Positions 1 to 15,500 of a stretch of 64,000 nucleotides of DNA are shown one piece after another. The first letter of the stretch is position 1. Each line of letters opens with the position of its first letter. The DNA comes from Eledone cirrhosa (taxonomy: Eukaryota). Where the stretch lies: NCBI GenBank assembly GCA_964016885.1, contig CAXHJY010001405.1, forward strand, positions 1 through 64,000, given 5' to 3'. The notes under the pieces are model-generated. The model worked only from the letters and a program-made list of their open reading frames with translations. It ran no database searches and was not told where the DNA came from. Made by a program: the position numbers and the translations under genes.

Positions 1-64
1 TCCTCTTATGCTCAGTCTCTCTCTCAATTCATTTATGCTTTGTCGTTCACGTATATTACTGTTA
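1..64 (-). mobile_element. 5'-truncated RTE LINE (family B) fragment, continuing off the window edge
   Basis: Reverse complement matches family B at 25506-25569 (taacagtaatatacgtgaacgacaaagcataaatgaattgagagagagactgagcataagagga); joins (TA)n at 64. Confidence 0.85.
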
Positions 65-266
65 TATATATATATATATATATAATATATATATAATATA
101 TATATATAATATATATATAATATATATATAATATATATATAATATATATATAATATATATATAATATATATATATAATATATATATAATATATATATATA
201 ATATATATATAATATATATATATAATATATAATATATATATAATATATATATATAATATATATAAT

Positions 267-298
<32 letters not shown>

Positions 299-422
299 AT
301 ATATATATATATATATAATATATATATATATATATAATATATATATATAATATTATATATATATAATATATATATATATATAATATATATATATATAAAT
401 ATATATAATATATATATATAAT

Positions 423-454
<32 letters not shown>

Positions 455-504
455 AATATATATAATATATATATATATATATATAAATATATATTATATA
501 TATA

Positions 505-546
<42 letters not shown>

Positions 547-701
547 TATATATATATAATATATATATATATAATATATATATATAATATATATATATAT
601 ATAATATATATATATAATATATATATATAATATATATATATAATATATATATATAATATATATATATATAAATATATATAATATAATATATATATATATA
701 A

Positions 702-733
<32 letters not shown>

Positions 734-1020
734 AATATATATAATATATATATATAATATATATATATATATAATATATATATATATAAATATATATAAT
801 ATATATATATAATATATATATATAATATATATATATAATATATATATATAATATATATATATAATAATATATATAATATATATATATATATATAATATAT
901 ATATATATAATATATATATATATAATATATATATATATATAATATATATATATATATATAATATATATATATATAATATATATATATAATATATATATAT
1001 ATAATATATATATATAATAT

Positions 1021-1071
<51 letters not shown>

Positions 1072-1113
1072 TATATATAATATATATATATATAATATAT
1101 ATATATATAATAT

Positions 1114-1147
<34 letters not shown>

Positions 1148-1151
1148 ATAT

Positions 1152-1200
<49 letters not shown>

Positions 1201-1369
1201 TATATATAATATATATATATATAATATATATATATATATAATATATATATATAATATATATATATATAATATATATATATATAATATATATATATATATA
1301 TAATATATATATAATATATATATATAATATATATATATATATATAATATATATAATATATATATAATAT

Positions 1370-1403
<34 letters not shown>

Positions 1404-1407
1404 ATAT
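65..1407. repeat. (TA)n microsatellite with AA interruptions
   Basis: Read directly. The same tract type separates nearly all elements up to about 34.7 kb (e.g. 4827-6087, 6150-7450, 11462-12548). Confidence 0.98.
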
Positions 1408-4400
1408 ACACACAATGCCCAGGTCTCGCTGCCATGCAGCATTGCTGTTCGTATGCAGGCATCGTATAACCTGCCTTTCATTTTTAGGGAGAACCCTCTA
1501 GCGGCTAATAGTGGTATAAGCTCTCTGAACTTTTTCCATCCAGTTCTGACTCTAGCTACTGTACTTTCAGAGCACCCTCCCCCACTGCTGATTTTGTCAC
1601 CCAGATAACGGAAGCTGTCCACTATTTCTATAGAACCCTCTGCGCAGTTGAAGGAGCTAGTATTTTGTGGGCACTTGCTGCTACTTATTGCACCAGAGCC
1701 CCGGCCACATGTAAAATCTATGTTCTTAGTTAGCTTACCTGTGATCCCACTACATCTTTTATGCACCCATACTTTGCATTTGGGACATAAAATGGAGTTT
1801 CTACCTACGCCTTTCCTACACACTGAGCATGGCCATTTCCCCGATGGGACCGCCGCCTTATTTTCTTTCCTACAAACTAGAACTTTAGTCTTAGCCAGGT
1901 TAATTTTAAGGCCTTTTGATTCTAGGCCGTGCTTCCACGTTTGGAATTTCTTCTCTAGTTCGGTCATTGATTCAGCTATGAGCGTTAGATCATCTGCGTA
2001 TAGGAGTTCCCATGGGCAGCCGGTCTTGAACTCCTCTGTTATAGCCTGAAGGGCAATAATAAATAGTAGGGGGCTAAGTACAGAGCCCTGATGGACACCA
2101 ACTTTTACGCTAAACTCTTCACTATATTCGTTGTTAATTCTAACCTTACTGACTGTTTCTTTATACATGGCTTGTATAGCTCTCACAAGCCATTCGTCAA
2201 CACCTAGTTTTCTAAGAGACCACCAGATAATGGAACGGGGGACTCTGTCGAAGGCTTTCTCCAAGTCGACAAAAGCTAAGTATAGGGGTTTACTTTTAGC
2301 TAGGTACTTCTCCTGTAGTTGTCGTACAATGAAAAGAGCGTCTGTGGTACTTTTGCCTGACACAAACCCGAACTGCATTTCATCTAGATCAATTCTCTCT
2401 CTGATTAGTTGCGCTATTACTTTTTCCGTGACCTTCATGACCTGGTCGATTAATTTAATGCCTCTATAGTTACTCCTATCTAGGGCATCTCCTTTTCCCT
2501 TATAGCAGTTAACGATGATGCTGCTACGCCATTCCTTCGGAACAACCCCATTCTGTACGACTTGGTTAACTATCCGGGTGACCATGGTGTGTCCCACCGA
2601 ACCAGATGCCTTCAGCATCTCAGCAACTATTTCCGAAGGCCCAGCCGCCTTACCCGTCTTCATATCCTTGATTGCCTTACTTATTATACTCCCCTCGACT
2701 AACACTGCTGGTCCCTCTATCGGGTCGATATGGGGGAGACTGTCTTTCTCCCATTTATTCTCCTCATTTAGTAGCCTTTCATAGTGACACTTCCAAGCTA
2801 CCTTCTTATCAGTGTCGGTGATGGCAAGTATGCCATCATCGTTAAGTACACACTTCTCCCCGACAATATCACGGTTTTCCTTGACGCATTGCCTGGCAAT
2901 CCTGAACACCTCACGTTTTTGGTCATCGCGTTGTAGAACATGCTTGAACTTTCTTTCCTCAGCTTCCCTTCTTGCTAAGTACACTTCTCTCCTAGCTTTC
3001 CTCCTGGCCACTTGATAGTCTACTCTACTTCCCCATCCCGCCATACTTTCCAAGCCTGCTTTTTGGCCTTAATTGACCCCTCCACCCTATTGTTCCACCA
3101 CCATGTTACTCTCCTCCTGCCTACAGGCCTGCTCCAGCCACAGACTTCGTCTGTCGCCAACAGCAGGTTTGCTTTCAGAAATTTCCACTGTCCCTCTATA
3201 TTGTCCGATTCTAGATGCTCTTCCTTACTGTCGAAAGCATCAAGTAATATGCTTTGAAATTTATTTCTGGCTGTGGGGTCCTTTAGTTTCCATATTTTCC
3301 TCCTGAGGATAGTCCTCTTCTGCTGTCGGGTACGTCTCGTCCTGACTATGAGGTCGCTAATTATCAGTCTATGTTGGGAGGTGCATTCTTCATGGGGGAG
3401 GGATTTAGTGTTTACAACAGATACTCTGTCACGTCTTCTGGTAAGGATATAATCTACCTGGCTTGTGTGTTCCCCGGATCTATAGGTAATCAGGTGATTG
3501 TCACGTTTTTTGAAGTTAGTGTTACAGATAGTTAGGTTATTTGCATCACAGTATTCCAGAATTCTGGAGCCTTCCTCATTTCTAGTACCAAACCCATAGC
3601 CTCCATGGATTTCGTCGTAGCCGTCACAATGTTGTCCAACGTGACCATTTAGGTCGCCTGCAATAATTATATAGTCACTGTCAGATATTTGGGAGGTAGT
3701 TAGCAACAGTGTCTCATAGAATCTGTCTTTTATAGTGCCGGGCAGTCCGGATTGGGGTGCGTACGCAGATATTACTGTCACCGTAGTTCTATTGAGGACA
3801 AGTCTTATTTTAATTATTCTGTCGTTCACTCTATTTACGTCTATTATCTTATCTGCCCACTTTTCTGCTACCATGATTCCTACTCCACCCAGCCCATCGT
3901 CGTTTCCCACCCAGAAAAGCTTATAACATCGTTTTTTACCCTCAATGAATCTAGCAGACCCACCCCTCCACCTGGTCTCTTGAATACAACAAACATCGAC
4001 CTCCTTACGTTCAAGCATTTCTACAACCTCGTTAGCGCGACCCTTTAGGGTGCCTACATTTATGGTACCAACTCTGAAGTTTTGGGTTGCGTTTGGAGGG
4101 TGGGGGTGGTGGGGGGCGGGAGGAGATAGGGTTATGTTAGCCATCCGCGGACGAAACAAAGAGGAGTGCTCGCATTCTCGTCCACGAGGTGAATTTGACT
4201 TTAACTTTGGCATTTTCGCTCTGGGCGTCCAGATTTTTCTCTCCCTTCCACTCTCCAGGATTCCGCAGTCCGTCCGTCCATCCATCCATCCATCATATAT
4301 CGAAGGCAACCGGGCAAGCGATAGTATAGGCCTCTGGCTTATGATTTGGTCCGCGTAATAATAATAATGGTGATGCGTGGGGGTGGGGGGCTCTGGCTTA

Positions 4401-4439
4401 TAATAATGGTGGTGATGCGGGGGGGGGGGGGGGCTCTGT
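1408..4439 (-). mobile_element. RTE-clade LINE (family A), frameshifted and 3'-truncated: APE endonuclease, RT and PHD-like finger
   Basis: ORF 3020..4681 has EN motifs (VGTINVGTL, CIQETRW, IIAGDLNGHVG, SQHRL). ORF 33..3053 has RT motifs (FVDLEKAFDRV, QGSVLSPLLF, YADD, FRYLG). 1-nt deletion near 3031 (cccc vs ccccc in the intact copy). Stops at ETWALC and joins (TA)n. Confidence 0.95.
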
Positions 4440-4440
4440 A

Positions 4441-4474
<34 letters not shown>

Positions 4475-4537
4475 TATAATATATATATATAATATATATA
4501 TATATAGTATATATATATATAATATATATATATATAG

Positions 4538-4581
<44 letters not shown>

Positions 4582-4636
4582 TATATATAATATATATAAT
4601 ATGTATAATATATATATAATATATATAATATGTATA

Positions 4637-4826
4637 ATTGTTTCTACTTTTGGCACAAGGCCAGCAAATTACCCAGTGCATTACTGGTACTTTATTTTAT
4701 CGACCCCGTAAGGATGAAAGGCAAAGTCAACCTCGGCGGGATTTGAACTCAGATCGTAAAGGGACGTAACTATGCTGGAAAGCATGGCGTCCGACCCTCT
4801 ACCGATACTGCCAATCCACCGCCCTT
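4637..4826 (-). mobile_element. tRNA-derived SINE (family 1)
   Basis: Minus strand has A-box-like TGGCAGTATCGG and B-box GAGTTCAAATCC, then the core gactttgcctttcatccttacggggtcgataaaataaagtaccag. Related copies at 38151-38361 and 42571-42720. Confidence 0.8.
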
Positions 4827-4862
4827 AATATAATATATATATAATATATATATATATAATAT

Positions 4863-5038
<176 letters not shown>

Positions 5039-5099
5039 TATATATATAATATAATATATATATATAATATAATATATATATATAATATAATATATATAT

Positions 5100-5133
<34 letters not shown>

Positions 5134-5152
5134 ATATATATATATATAATAT

Positions 5153-5207
<55 letters not shown>

Positions 5208-5217
5208 AATAATATAT

Positions 5218-5262
<45 letters not shown>

Positions 5263-5331
5263 AATAATATATATATATATATATAATATATATATATATA
5301 TAATATATATATATATATAAATAATATATAT

Positions 5332-5430
<99 letters not shown>

Positions 5431-5446
5431 TATATATATAATATAT

Positions 5447-5536
<90 letters not shown>

Positions 5537-5537
5537 T

Positions 5538-5582
<45 letters not shown>

Positions 5583-5639
5583 TATATATATAATATATAT
5601 ATATATATATAATATATATATATATATAATATATATAAT

Positions 5640-5700
<61 letters not shown>

Positions 5701-5715
5701 ATATATATATATTAT

Positions 5716-5747
<32 letters not shown>

Positions 5748-5789
5748 ATATATATATATAATATATAATATATATATAATATATATATA

Positions 5790-5836
<47 letters not shown>

Positions 5837-5932
5837 TATATATAATATATATATATATAATATATATATATATAATATATATAATATATATATATATAAT
5901 ATATATATATATAATATATATATATATAATAT

Positions 5933-5966
<34 letters not shown>

Positions 5967-5987
5967 ATATATATATATATAATATAT

Positions 5988-6065
<78 letters not shown>

Positions 6066-6087
6066 TAATATATATATATATAATATA

Positions 6088-6149
6088 AGGGCGGTGCCCC
6101 AGCATGGCCTCAGCCGGATGGCTGAAACAGGTAAAAGAGTAAAAGAGTA
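6088..6149 (+). mobile_element. Short retroposon 3'-tail fragment
   Basis: 62-bp island in (TA)n ending in a short tandem tail (gtaaaagagtaaaagagt); parent family not identified. Confidence 0.45.
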
Positions 6150-6360
6150 TAATATATATATATTATATATATATATATAATATATATATATATAATATAT
6201 ATATAAATAATATATATATAAATAATATATATATATATAATATATATAATATATATATATATATAAATAATATATATATATATAATATATATATATATAA
6301 TATATATAATATATATAATATATATATATATAATATATATAATATATATATATATAATAT

Positions 6361-6394
<34 letters not shown>

Positions 6395-7111
6395 AATAAT
6401 ATATATATATATATAATATATATATATATATATAATATATATAATATATATATAATATATATATATATAATATATATATATATAATATATAATATATATA
6501 ATATATATATATATAATATATATATATATATTATATATATATAATATATATATATATAATATAATATATATATAATATATATATATATAATATATATATA
6601 TAATATATATAATATATATATTATATATATATAATATATATATATATAATATATATATATAATATATATAATATATATAATATATATATATATATATAAT
6701 ATATATATATATATAATATATATATATATATATAATATATATATATATATATAATATATATATATATAATATATATATAATATATATATATAATATATAT
6801 AATATATATATAATATATATATATAATATATATTATATATATATAATTATATATATATAATATATATTATATATAATATATATATATATAATATATATAA
6901 TATATATATATATAATATATATATATAATATATATAATATATAATATATATATATATAATATATATTATATATATATATAATATATATAATATATAATAT
7001 ATATATATATATATAATATATATTATATATATATATATATATATAATATATATAATATATAATATATATAATATATAATATATATATATATATATATAAT
7101 ATATATAATAT

Positions 7112-7156
<45 letters not shown>

Positions 7157-7271
7157 TATATAATATATATATATATATATAATATATATATATATATATA
7201 ATATATATATATATAATATATAATATATATATATATATATATAATATATATATATATAATATATATATATA

Positions 7272-7366
<95 letters not shown>

Positions 7367-7381
7367 ATATATAATATATAT

Positions 7382-7435
<54 letters not shown>

Positions 7436-7449
7436 ATATATAATATATA

Positions 7450-7742
7450 TCATCATCATCGCCGTTTTACGTCCGTTCTTCCACGCTAGCATGGGTTAGA
7501 CGGGTTGTCCTGTTGTGGGCAGTGTCTGGTCGGCTGACCATGCCTTGCTCATACAGGAACTGATCTGGCTTGATTTCTACAGCTGGATGCCCTTCCTAAC
7601 ACCAACCTCATTTACAGTGAGTGCTGGGTGCTTTTTCGTGGCGCCTACACGTCCACTTTACAGTGTGGGCTGGGTGCTTTTTTGCCGTGGCACCTCCACG
7701 ACCACCTTGCGGTGGGGGGGGGGGGGCATATTGTTTATATGT
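7450..7742 (-). mobile_element. RTE family B, 3'UTR-only insertion with (GAT)n tail
   Basis: Reverse complement of 17503-17801, including the C-run and GAT tail. Confidence 0.92.
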
Positions 7743-7753
7743 TATATATATAT

Positions 7754-7787
<34 letters not shown>

Positions 7788-7789
7788 AT

Positions 7790-7875
<86 letters not shown>

Positions 7876-8000
7876 ATATATATATATATAATATATATAA
7901 TATATATATATATAATATATATAATATATATATATATAATATATATAATATATATATATAATATATATAATATATATATATATAATATATATATATATAT

Positions 8001-9363
8001 ATTGGAATAAATGCTCTGAAATAGCGATATATATGTGAATATAGACATAGAATATTCGAAAATATTCTGTATGTTTATAATAAACATTTTGAAGACCTAA
8101 TCGCTATAGAATAGAATACGTCACGTATTACAATTAGATTCTCGATAAAAGCAAGGGAAGTAATCTACGCGTTTCATTCTCGTTAGAAATCATCAGGACT
8201 ACATATCCAGTGCTTTTATCGAGAATGACACAGCTAGAGACTTATAGAATACTTAGCTGTGTACAGGAACTGGTTTGAAAGAGCGGTTGCCGGTCCGGCA
8301 GAAATTAGAAATTGGAATAAATGCTCTGAAATAGCGATATATATGTGAATATAGACATAGAATATTCGAAAATATTCTGTATGTTTATAATAAACATTTT
8401 GAAGACCTAATCGCTATAGAATAGAATACGTCACGTATTACAATTAGATTCTCGATAAAAGCAAGGGAAGTAATCTACGCGTTTCATTCTCGTTAGAAAT
8501 CATCAGGACTACATATCCAGTGCTTTTATCGAGAATGACACAGCTAGAGACTTATAGAATACTTAGCTGTGTACAGGAACTGGTTTGAAAGAGCGGTTGC
8601 CGGTCCGGCAGAAATTAGAAATTGGAATAAATGCTCTGAAATAGCGATATATATGTGAATATAGACATAGAATATTCGAAAATATTCTGTATGTTTATAA
8701 TAAACATTTTGAAGACCTAATCGCTATAGAATAGAATACGTCACGTATTACAATTAGATTCTCGATAAAAGCAAGGGAAGTAATCTACGCGTTTCATTCT
8801 CGTTAGAAATCATCAGGACTACATATCCAGTGCTTTTATCGAGAATGACACAGCTAGAGACTTATAGAATACTTAGCTGTGTACAGGAACTGTTTGAAAG
8901 AGCGGTTGCCGGTCCGGCAGAAATTAGAAATTGGAATAAATGCTCTGAAATAGCGATATATATGTGAATATAGACATAGAATATTCGAAAATATTCTGTA
9001 TGTTTATAATAAACATACAGAATATTTTCGAATATTCTATGTCTATATTCACATATATATCGCTATTTCAGAGCATTTATTCCAATTTCTAATTTCTGCC
9101 GGACCGGCAACCGCTCTTTCAAACCAGTTCCTGTACACAGCTAAGTATTCTATAAGTCTCTAGCTGTGTCATTCTCGATAAAAGCACTGGATATGTAGTC
9201 CTGATGATTTCTAACGAGAATGAAACGCGTAGATTACTTCCCTTGCTTTTATCGAGAATCTAATTGTAATACGTGACGTATTCTATTCTATAGCGATTAG
9301 GTCTTCAAAATGTTTATTATAAACATACAGAATATTTTCGAATATTCTATGTCTATATTCACA
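8001..9363. repeat. 310-bp hammerhead-bearing tandem array 1: about 3.3 units on minus plus 1.1 inverted unit on plus
   Basis: attggaataaatgctctg recurs at 8001, 8311, 8621 and about 8930; orientation flips at about 9010 in the hairpin tgtttataataaaca; (TA)n on both sides. Confidence 0.95.
9171..9259 (+). ncRNA. Type I hammerhead ribozyme (310-bp family)
   Basis: gtagtc-CTGATGA-tttct aacg agaat-GAAA-cgcg-TA-gattac at 9195-9237. Helix I is extended by a perfect 16-bp stem (attctcgataaaagca/tgcttttatcgagaat). Minus-strand cores at 8160-8202, 8470-8512 and 8780-8822. Confidence 0.85.
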
Positions 9364-9753
9364 TATATATATATAATATATGTAATATATATATATATAT
9401 ATATATAATATATATATATATATATAATATATATATATAATATATGTAATATATATATATATAATATATTATATATATATATATATATATAATATATATA
9501 TATATATATAATATATATATATAATATATGTAATATATATATATATAATATAATATATATATATATATATATAATATATATATATATATAATATATATAA
9601 TATATATATATATAATATATATATATAATATATATATATATAATATATATAATATATATATATATAATATAATATATATAATATAATATATATATATATA
9701 ATATAATATAATATAATATAATATATATATATATAATATATATAATATATATA

Positions 9754-9824
<71 letters not shown>

Positions 9825-9831
9825 TATATAC

Positions 9832-9878
<47 letters not shown>

Positions 9879-9887
9879 CATATATAC

Positions 9888-9918
<31 letters not shown>

Positions 9919-9973
9919 CATATATACATATATATATATATACATATACATATATATATATATACATATATAC

Positions 9974-10008
<35 letters not shown>

Positions 10009-10033
10009 CATATATACATATATATATATATAC

Positions 10034-10080
<47 letters not shown>

Positions 10081-10095
10081 TATATATATAGATAT

Positions 10096-10307
<212 letters not shown>

Positions 10308-10348
10308 TATATATTATATATATATATATATATAATATATATATATAT

Positions 10349-10419
<71 letters not shown>

Positions 10420-10426
10420 TAATATA

Positions 10427-11461
10427 TTCATCATCATCATCTATATTAATGACATCACTGACATAATCAAACACAGCAACATTAAAATTTTCGCTGATGA
10501 TTCCAAGCTCCAAAAGGTCATCAATGGCGTGGATGACCGGATAAGCCTTCAGTCAGACCTACTGGCTGTTACCCAATGGGCAGAAAAGAACAACATGTTA
10601 CTGAACGAAGACAAATTCGAACTGATCCACTTTGGAAAAGAGGATGCTCTGAAACTCCCGTACTCCCTTCCCTTCGGGGAAACTCTCGTGGCATCTAACA
10701 ACATCAGAGACTTGGGAGTAACCGTGGACAGCAACATAAGCTGGACCACGCATATAAGCAGCAAAGTTGACATGGCCCGCAGAATGTGTTCCTGGATCCT
10801 CAGAACCTTCCAGTCGAGAGATTCCCGCACCATTATCCTTCTCTTCTCTACTTTCGCCCGACCACACCTTGAATACTGTTGTCCACTGTGGTCTCCCCAC
10901 ACGAAACAAAGTATCATGAAACTTGAAGCTCCTCAAAGGGCAATCACGAAAAAGATAGATGGCATGTCAGACCTTGACTACTGGGGTCGATTAGAAACCT
11001 GAAACTTTACTCACTCCAACGTCGCCGTGAGGCGTTATATTATCTGCATGATGTGGAAAATGTTCCATCATCACTGCCCAAATGATGTTGGCATCGCCTT
11101 CAAGATACACCCAAGGCTTGGGCCCCGTGCTATCCGTCCCATTCAAAAATCTAAATCGCAACTCATAACAACAATACGGCACAATTATTTCACCTCAATC
11201 GGCCCTGCTCTCTTCAACATCACACCAGGACACGTCAAAACAGAAACTGACCACACAAAATTCAAGAAGTCTTTTGACAAATCCTCCAAGTAATCCGGAC
11301 AAACACCCACACCCGGATATGTCTCCGCAAACAGTAATTCTCTTCTCGAATGGGCCATGGTGCCCAAATCCTGAATTGAAAGACTTCGCCAGGGTGTGCT
11401 ATTAAGTTAGACATGGCCTGGGCCAATACTGGGCCAAAACATTTCAAAGTTATTCAAAGTT
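10427..11461 (+). mobile_element. CR1-like LINE, 5'-truncated 3' fragment of the RT
   Basis: [32 protein letters not shown]; frameshift near 11000; tandem tail ttcaaagttattcaaagtta. Confidence 0.88.
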
Positions 11462-11476
11462 ATATATATAATATAT

Positions 11477-11507
<31 letters not shown>

Positions 11508-12082
11508 ATATATAATATATATATAATATATAATATATATATAATATATATATATAATATATAATATATAGATATAATATATAATATATAATATATAATA
11601 TATATATATAATATATAATATATATATAATATATAGATATAATATATAATATATATATAATATATAATATATATATATAATATATAATATAATATATAAT
11701 ATATAATATAATATATAATAGTAATAATATATATATAATATATAATATATAGATATAATATATAATATATATATATAATATATAATATATAGATATAATA
11801 TATAATATATAGATATAATATATAATATATAGATATAATATATAATATATAGATATAATATATAATATATAGATATAATATATAATAGTATAATATATAA
11901 TATATAGATATAATATATAATATATAGATATAATATATAATATATATATATAATATATAATATAGATATAATATATAATATATAATATATAATATATAGA
12001 TATAATATATAATATATAGATATAATATATATATATAATATATATATATATAATATATATATATAATATATATATATATATA

Positions 12083-12127
<45 letters not shown>

Positions 12128-12240
12128 TATATATATATAATATATATATATAATATATATATATATAATATATAATATATATGTAATATATATATATATA
12201 ATATATATATATATAATATATATATATATATATAATATAT

Positions 12241-12274
<34 letters not shown>

Positions 12275-12402
12275 ATATATAATATATATATATATATAAT
12301 TATATATATATAATATATATATAATATATATATAATAATATATATATAATAATATATATATATAATATATATATATATATATAATATATATATATAATAT
12401 AT

Positions 12403-12446
<44 letters not shown>

Positions 12447-12548
12447 TAAAATATATATATATATAATAGATATATTATATATAATATATATATAATATAT
12501 ATATATAATATATATATATAATATATATATATATAATATATATATATA

Positions 12549-15500
12549 TGTGAATATAGACATAGAATATTCGAAAATATTCTGTATGTTTATAATAAAC
12601 ATTTTTGAAGACCTAATCGCTATAGAATAGAATACGTCACGTATTACAATTAGATTCTCGATAAAAGCAAGGGAAGTAATCTACGCGTTTCATTCTTGTT
12701 AGAATTCATCAGGACTACATATCCAGTGCTTTTATCGAGAATGACACAGCTAGAGACTTATAGAATACTTAGCTGTGTACAGGAACTGGTTTGAAAGAGC
12801 GGTTGCGGTCCGGCATAAATTAGAAATTGGAATAAATGCTCTGAAATAGCGATATATATGTGAATATAGACATAGAATATTCGAAAATATTCTGTATGTT
12901 TATAATAAACATTTTGAAGACCTAATCGCTATAGAATAGAATACGTCACGTATTACAATTAGATTCTCGATAAAGCAAGGGAAGTAATCTACGCGTTCAT
13001 TCTTGTTAGAATTCATCAGGACTACATATCCAGTGCTTTTATCGAGAATGACACAGCTAGAGACTTATAGAATACTTAGCTGTGTACAGGAACTGGTTTG
13101 AAAGAGCGGTTGCCGGTCCGGCAGAAATTAGAAATTGGAATAAATGCTCTGAAATAGCGATATATATGTGAATATAGACATAGATATTCGAAATATTCTG
13201 TATGTTTATAATAAACATTTTGAAGACCTAATCGCTATAGAATAGAATACGTCACGTATACAATTAGATTCTCGATAAAAGCAAGGGAAGTAATCTACGC
13301 GTTTCATTCTTGTTAGAATTCATCAGGACTACATATCAGTGCTTTTATCGAGGAATGACACAGCTAGAGACTTATAGAATACTTAGCTGTGTACAGGAAC
13401 TGGTTTGAAAAGAGCGGTTGCCGGTCCGGCAGAAATTAGAAATTGAATAAATGCTCTGAAATAGCGATATATATGTGAATATAGACATAGAATATTCGAA
13501 AATATTCTGTATGTTTTTAATAAAACATTTTGAAGACCTAATCGCTATAGAATAGAATACGTCACGTATTACAATTAGATTCTCGATAAAAGCAAGGGAA
13601 GTAATCTACGCGTTTCATTCTTGTTAGAATTCATCAGGACTACATATCCAGTGCTTTTATCGAGAATGACACAGCTAGAGACTTATAGAATACTTAGCTG
13701 TGTACAGGAACTGGTTTGAAAGAGCGGTTGCCGGTCCGGCAGAAATTAGAAATTGGAATAAATGCTCTGAAATAGCGATATATATGTGAATATAGACATA
13801 GAATATTCGAAATATTCTGTATGTTTATAATAAACATTTTGAAGACCTAATCGCTATAGAATAGAATACGTCACGTATTACAATTAGATTCTCGATAAAA
13901 GCAAGGGAAGTAATCTACGCGTTTCATTCTTGTTAGAATTCATCAGGACTAACATATCCAGTGCTTTTATCGAGAATGACACAGCTAGAGACTTATAGAA
14001 TACTTAGCTGTGTACAGGAACTGGTTTGAAAGAGCGGTTGCCGGTCCGGCAGAAATTAGAAATTGGAATAAATGCTCTGAAAATAGCGATATATATGTGA
14101 ATATAGACATAGAATATTCGAAAATATTCTGTATGTTTATAATAAAACATTTTGAAGACCTAATCGCTATAGAATAGAATACGTCACGTATTACAATTAG
14201 ATTCTCGATAAAAGCAAGGGAAGTAATCTACGCGTTTCATTCTTGTTAGAATTCATCAGAGACTACATATCCAGTGCTTTTATCGAGAATGACACAGCTA
14301 GGACTTATAGAATACTTAGCTGTGTACAGGAACTGGTTTGAAAGAGCGGTTGCCGGTCCGGCAGAAATTAGAAATTGGAATAAATGCTCTGAAATAGCGA
14401 TATATATGTGAATATAGACATAGAATATTCGAAAATATTCTGTATGTTTATAATAAACATTTTGAAGACCTAATCGCTATAGAATAGAATACGTCACGTA
14501 TTACAATTAGATTCTCGATAAAAGCAAGGGAAGTAATCTACGCGTTTCATTCTTGTTAGATTCATCAGGACTACATATCCAGTGCTTTTATCGAGAATGA
14601 CACAGCTAGAGACTTATAGAATACTTAGCTGTGTACAGGAACTGGTTTGAAAGAGCGGTTGCCGGTCCGGCAGAAATTAGAAATTGGAATAAATGCTCTG
14701 AAATAGCGATATATATGTGAATATAGACATAGAATATTCGAAAATATTCTGTATGTTTATAATAAACATTTTGAAGACCTAATCGCTATAGAATAGAATA
14801 CGTCACGTATTACAATTAGATTCTCGATAAAAGCAAGGGAAGTAATCTACGCGTTTCATTCTTGTTAGAATTCATCAGGACTACATATCCAGTGCTTTTA
14901 TCGAGAATGACACAGCTAGAGACTTATAGAATACTTAGCTGTGTACAGGAACTGGTTTGAAAGAGCGGTTGCCGGTCCGGCAGAAATTAGAAATTGGAAT
15001 AAATGCTCTGAAATAGCGATATATATGTGAATATAGACATAGAATATTCGAAAATATTCTGTATGTTTATAATAAACATTTTGAAGACCTAATCGCTATA
15101 GAATAGAATACGTCACGTATTACAATTAGATTCTCGATAAAAGCAAGGGAAGTAATCTACGCGTTTCATTCTTGTTAGAATTCATCAGGACTACATATCC
15201 AGTGCTTTTATCGAGAATGACACAGCTAGAGACTTATAGAATACTTAGCTGTGTACAGGAACTGGTTTGAAAGAGCGGTTGCCGGTCCGGCAGAAATTAG
15301 AAATTGGAATAAATGCTCTGAAATAGCGATATATATGTGAATATAGACATAGAATATTCGAAAATATTCTGTATGTTTATAATAAACATTTTGAAGACCT
15401 AATCGCTATAGAATAGAATACGTCACGTATTACAATTAGATTCTCGATAAAAGCAAGGGAAGTAATCTACGCGTTTCATTCTTGTTAGAATTCATCAGGA

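Noticed and set aside
33-1413. Long Tyr/Ile/Met/Cys-rich ORFs here and at 4825-7492, 9297-10513, 46324-49549 and 58749-59894
   Set aside because: They are translations of (TA)n/(TATG)n tracts, which lack stops on one strand; not proteins.
1648-4358. Plus-strand ORFs opposite the RTE, also at 19397-21496, 27752-29851 and 50052-53144
   Set aside because: Antisense shadows of the RTE ORF with no independent motifs.
4740-4826. tRNA genes (A/B boxes here and near 34700, 38810 and 40070)
   Set aside because: The boxes are heads of multi-copy SINEs; no complete cloverleaf is evident.
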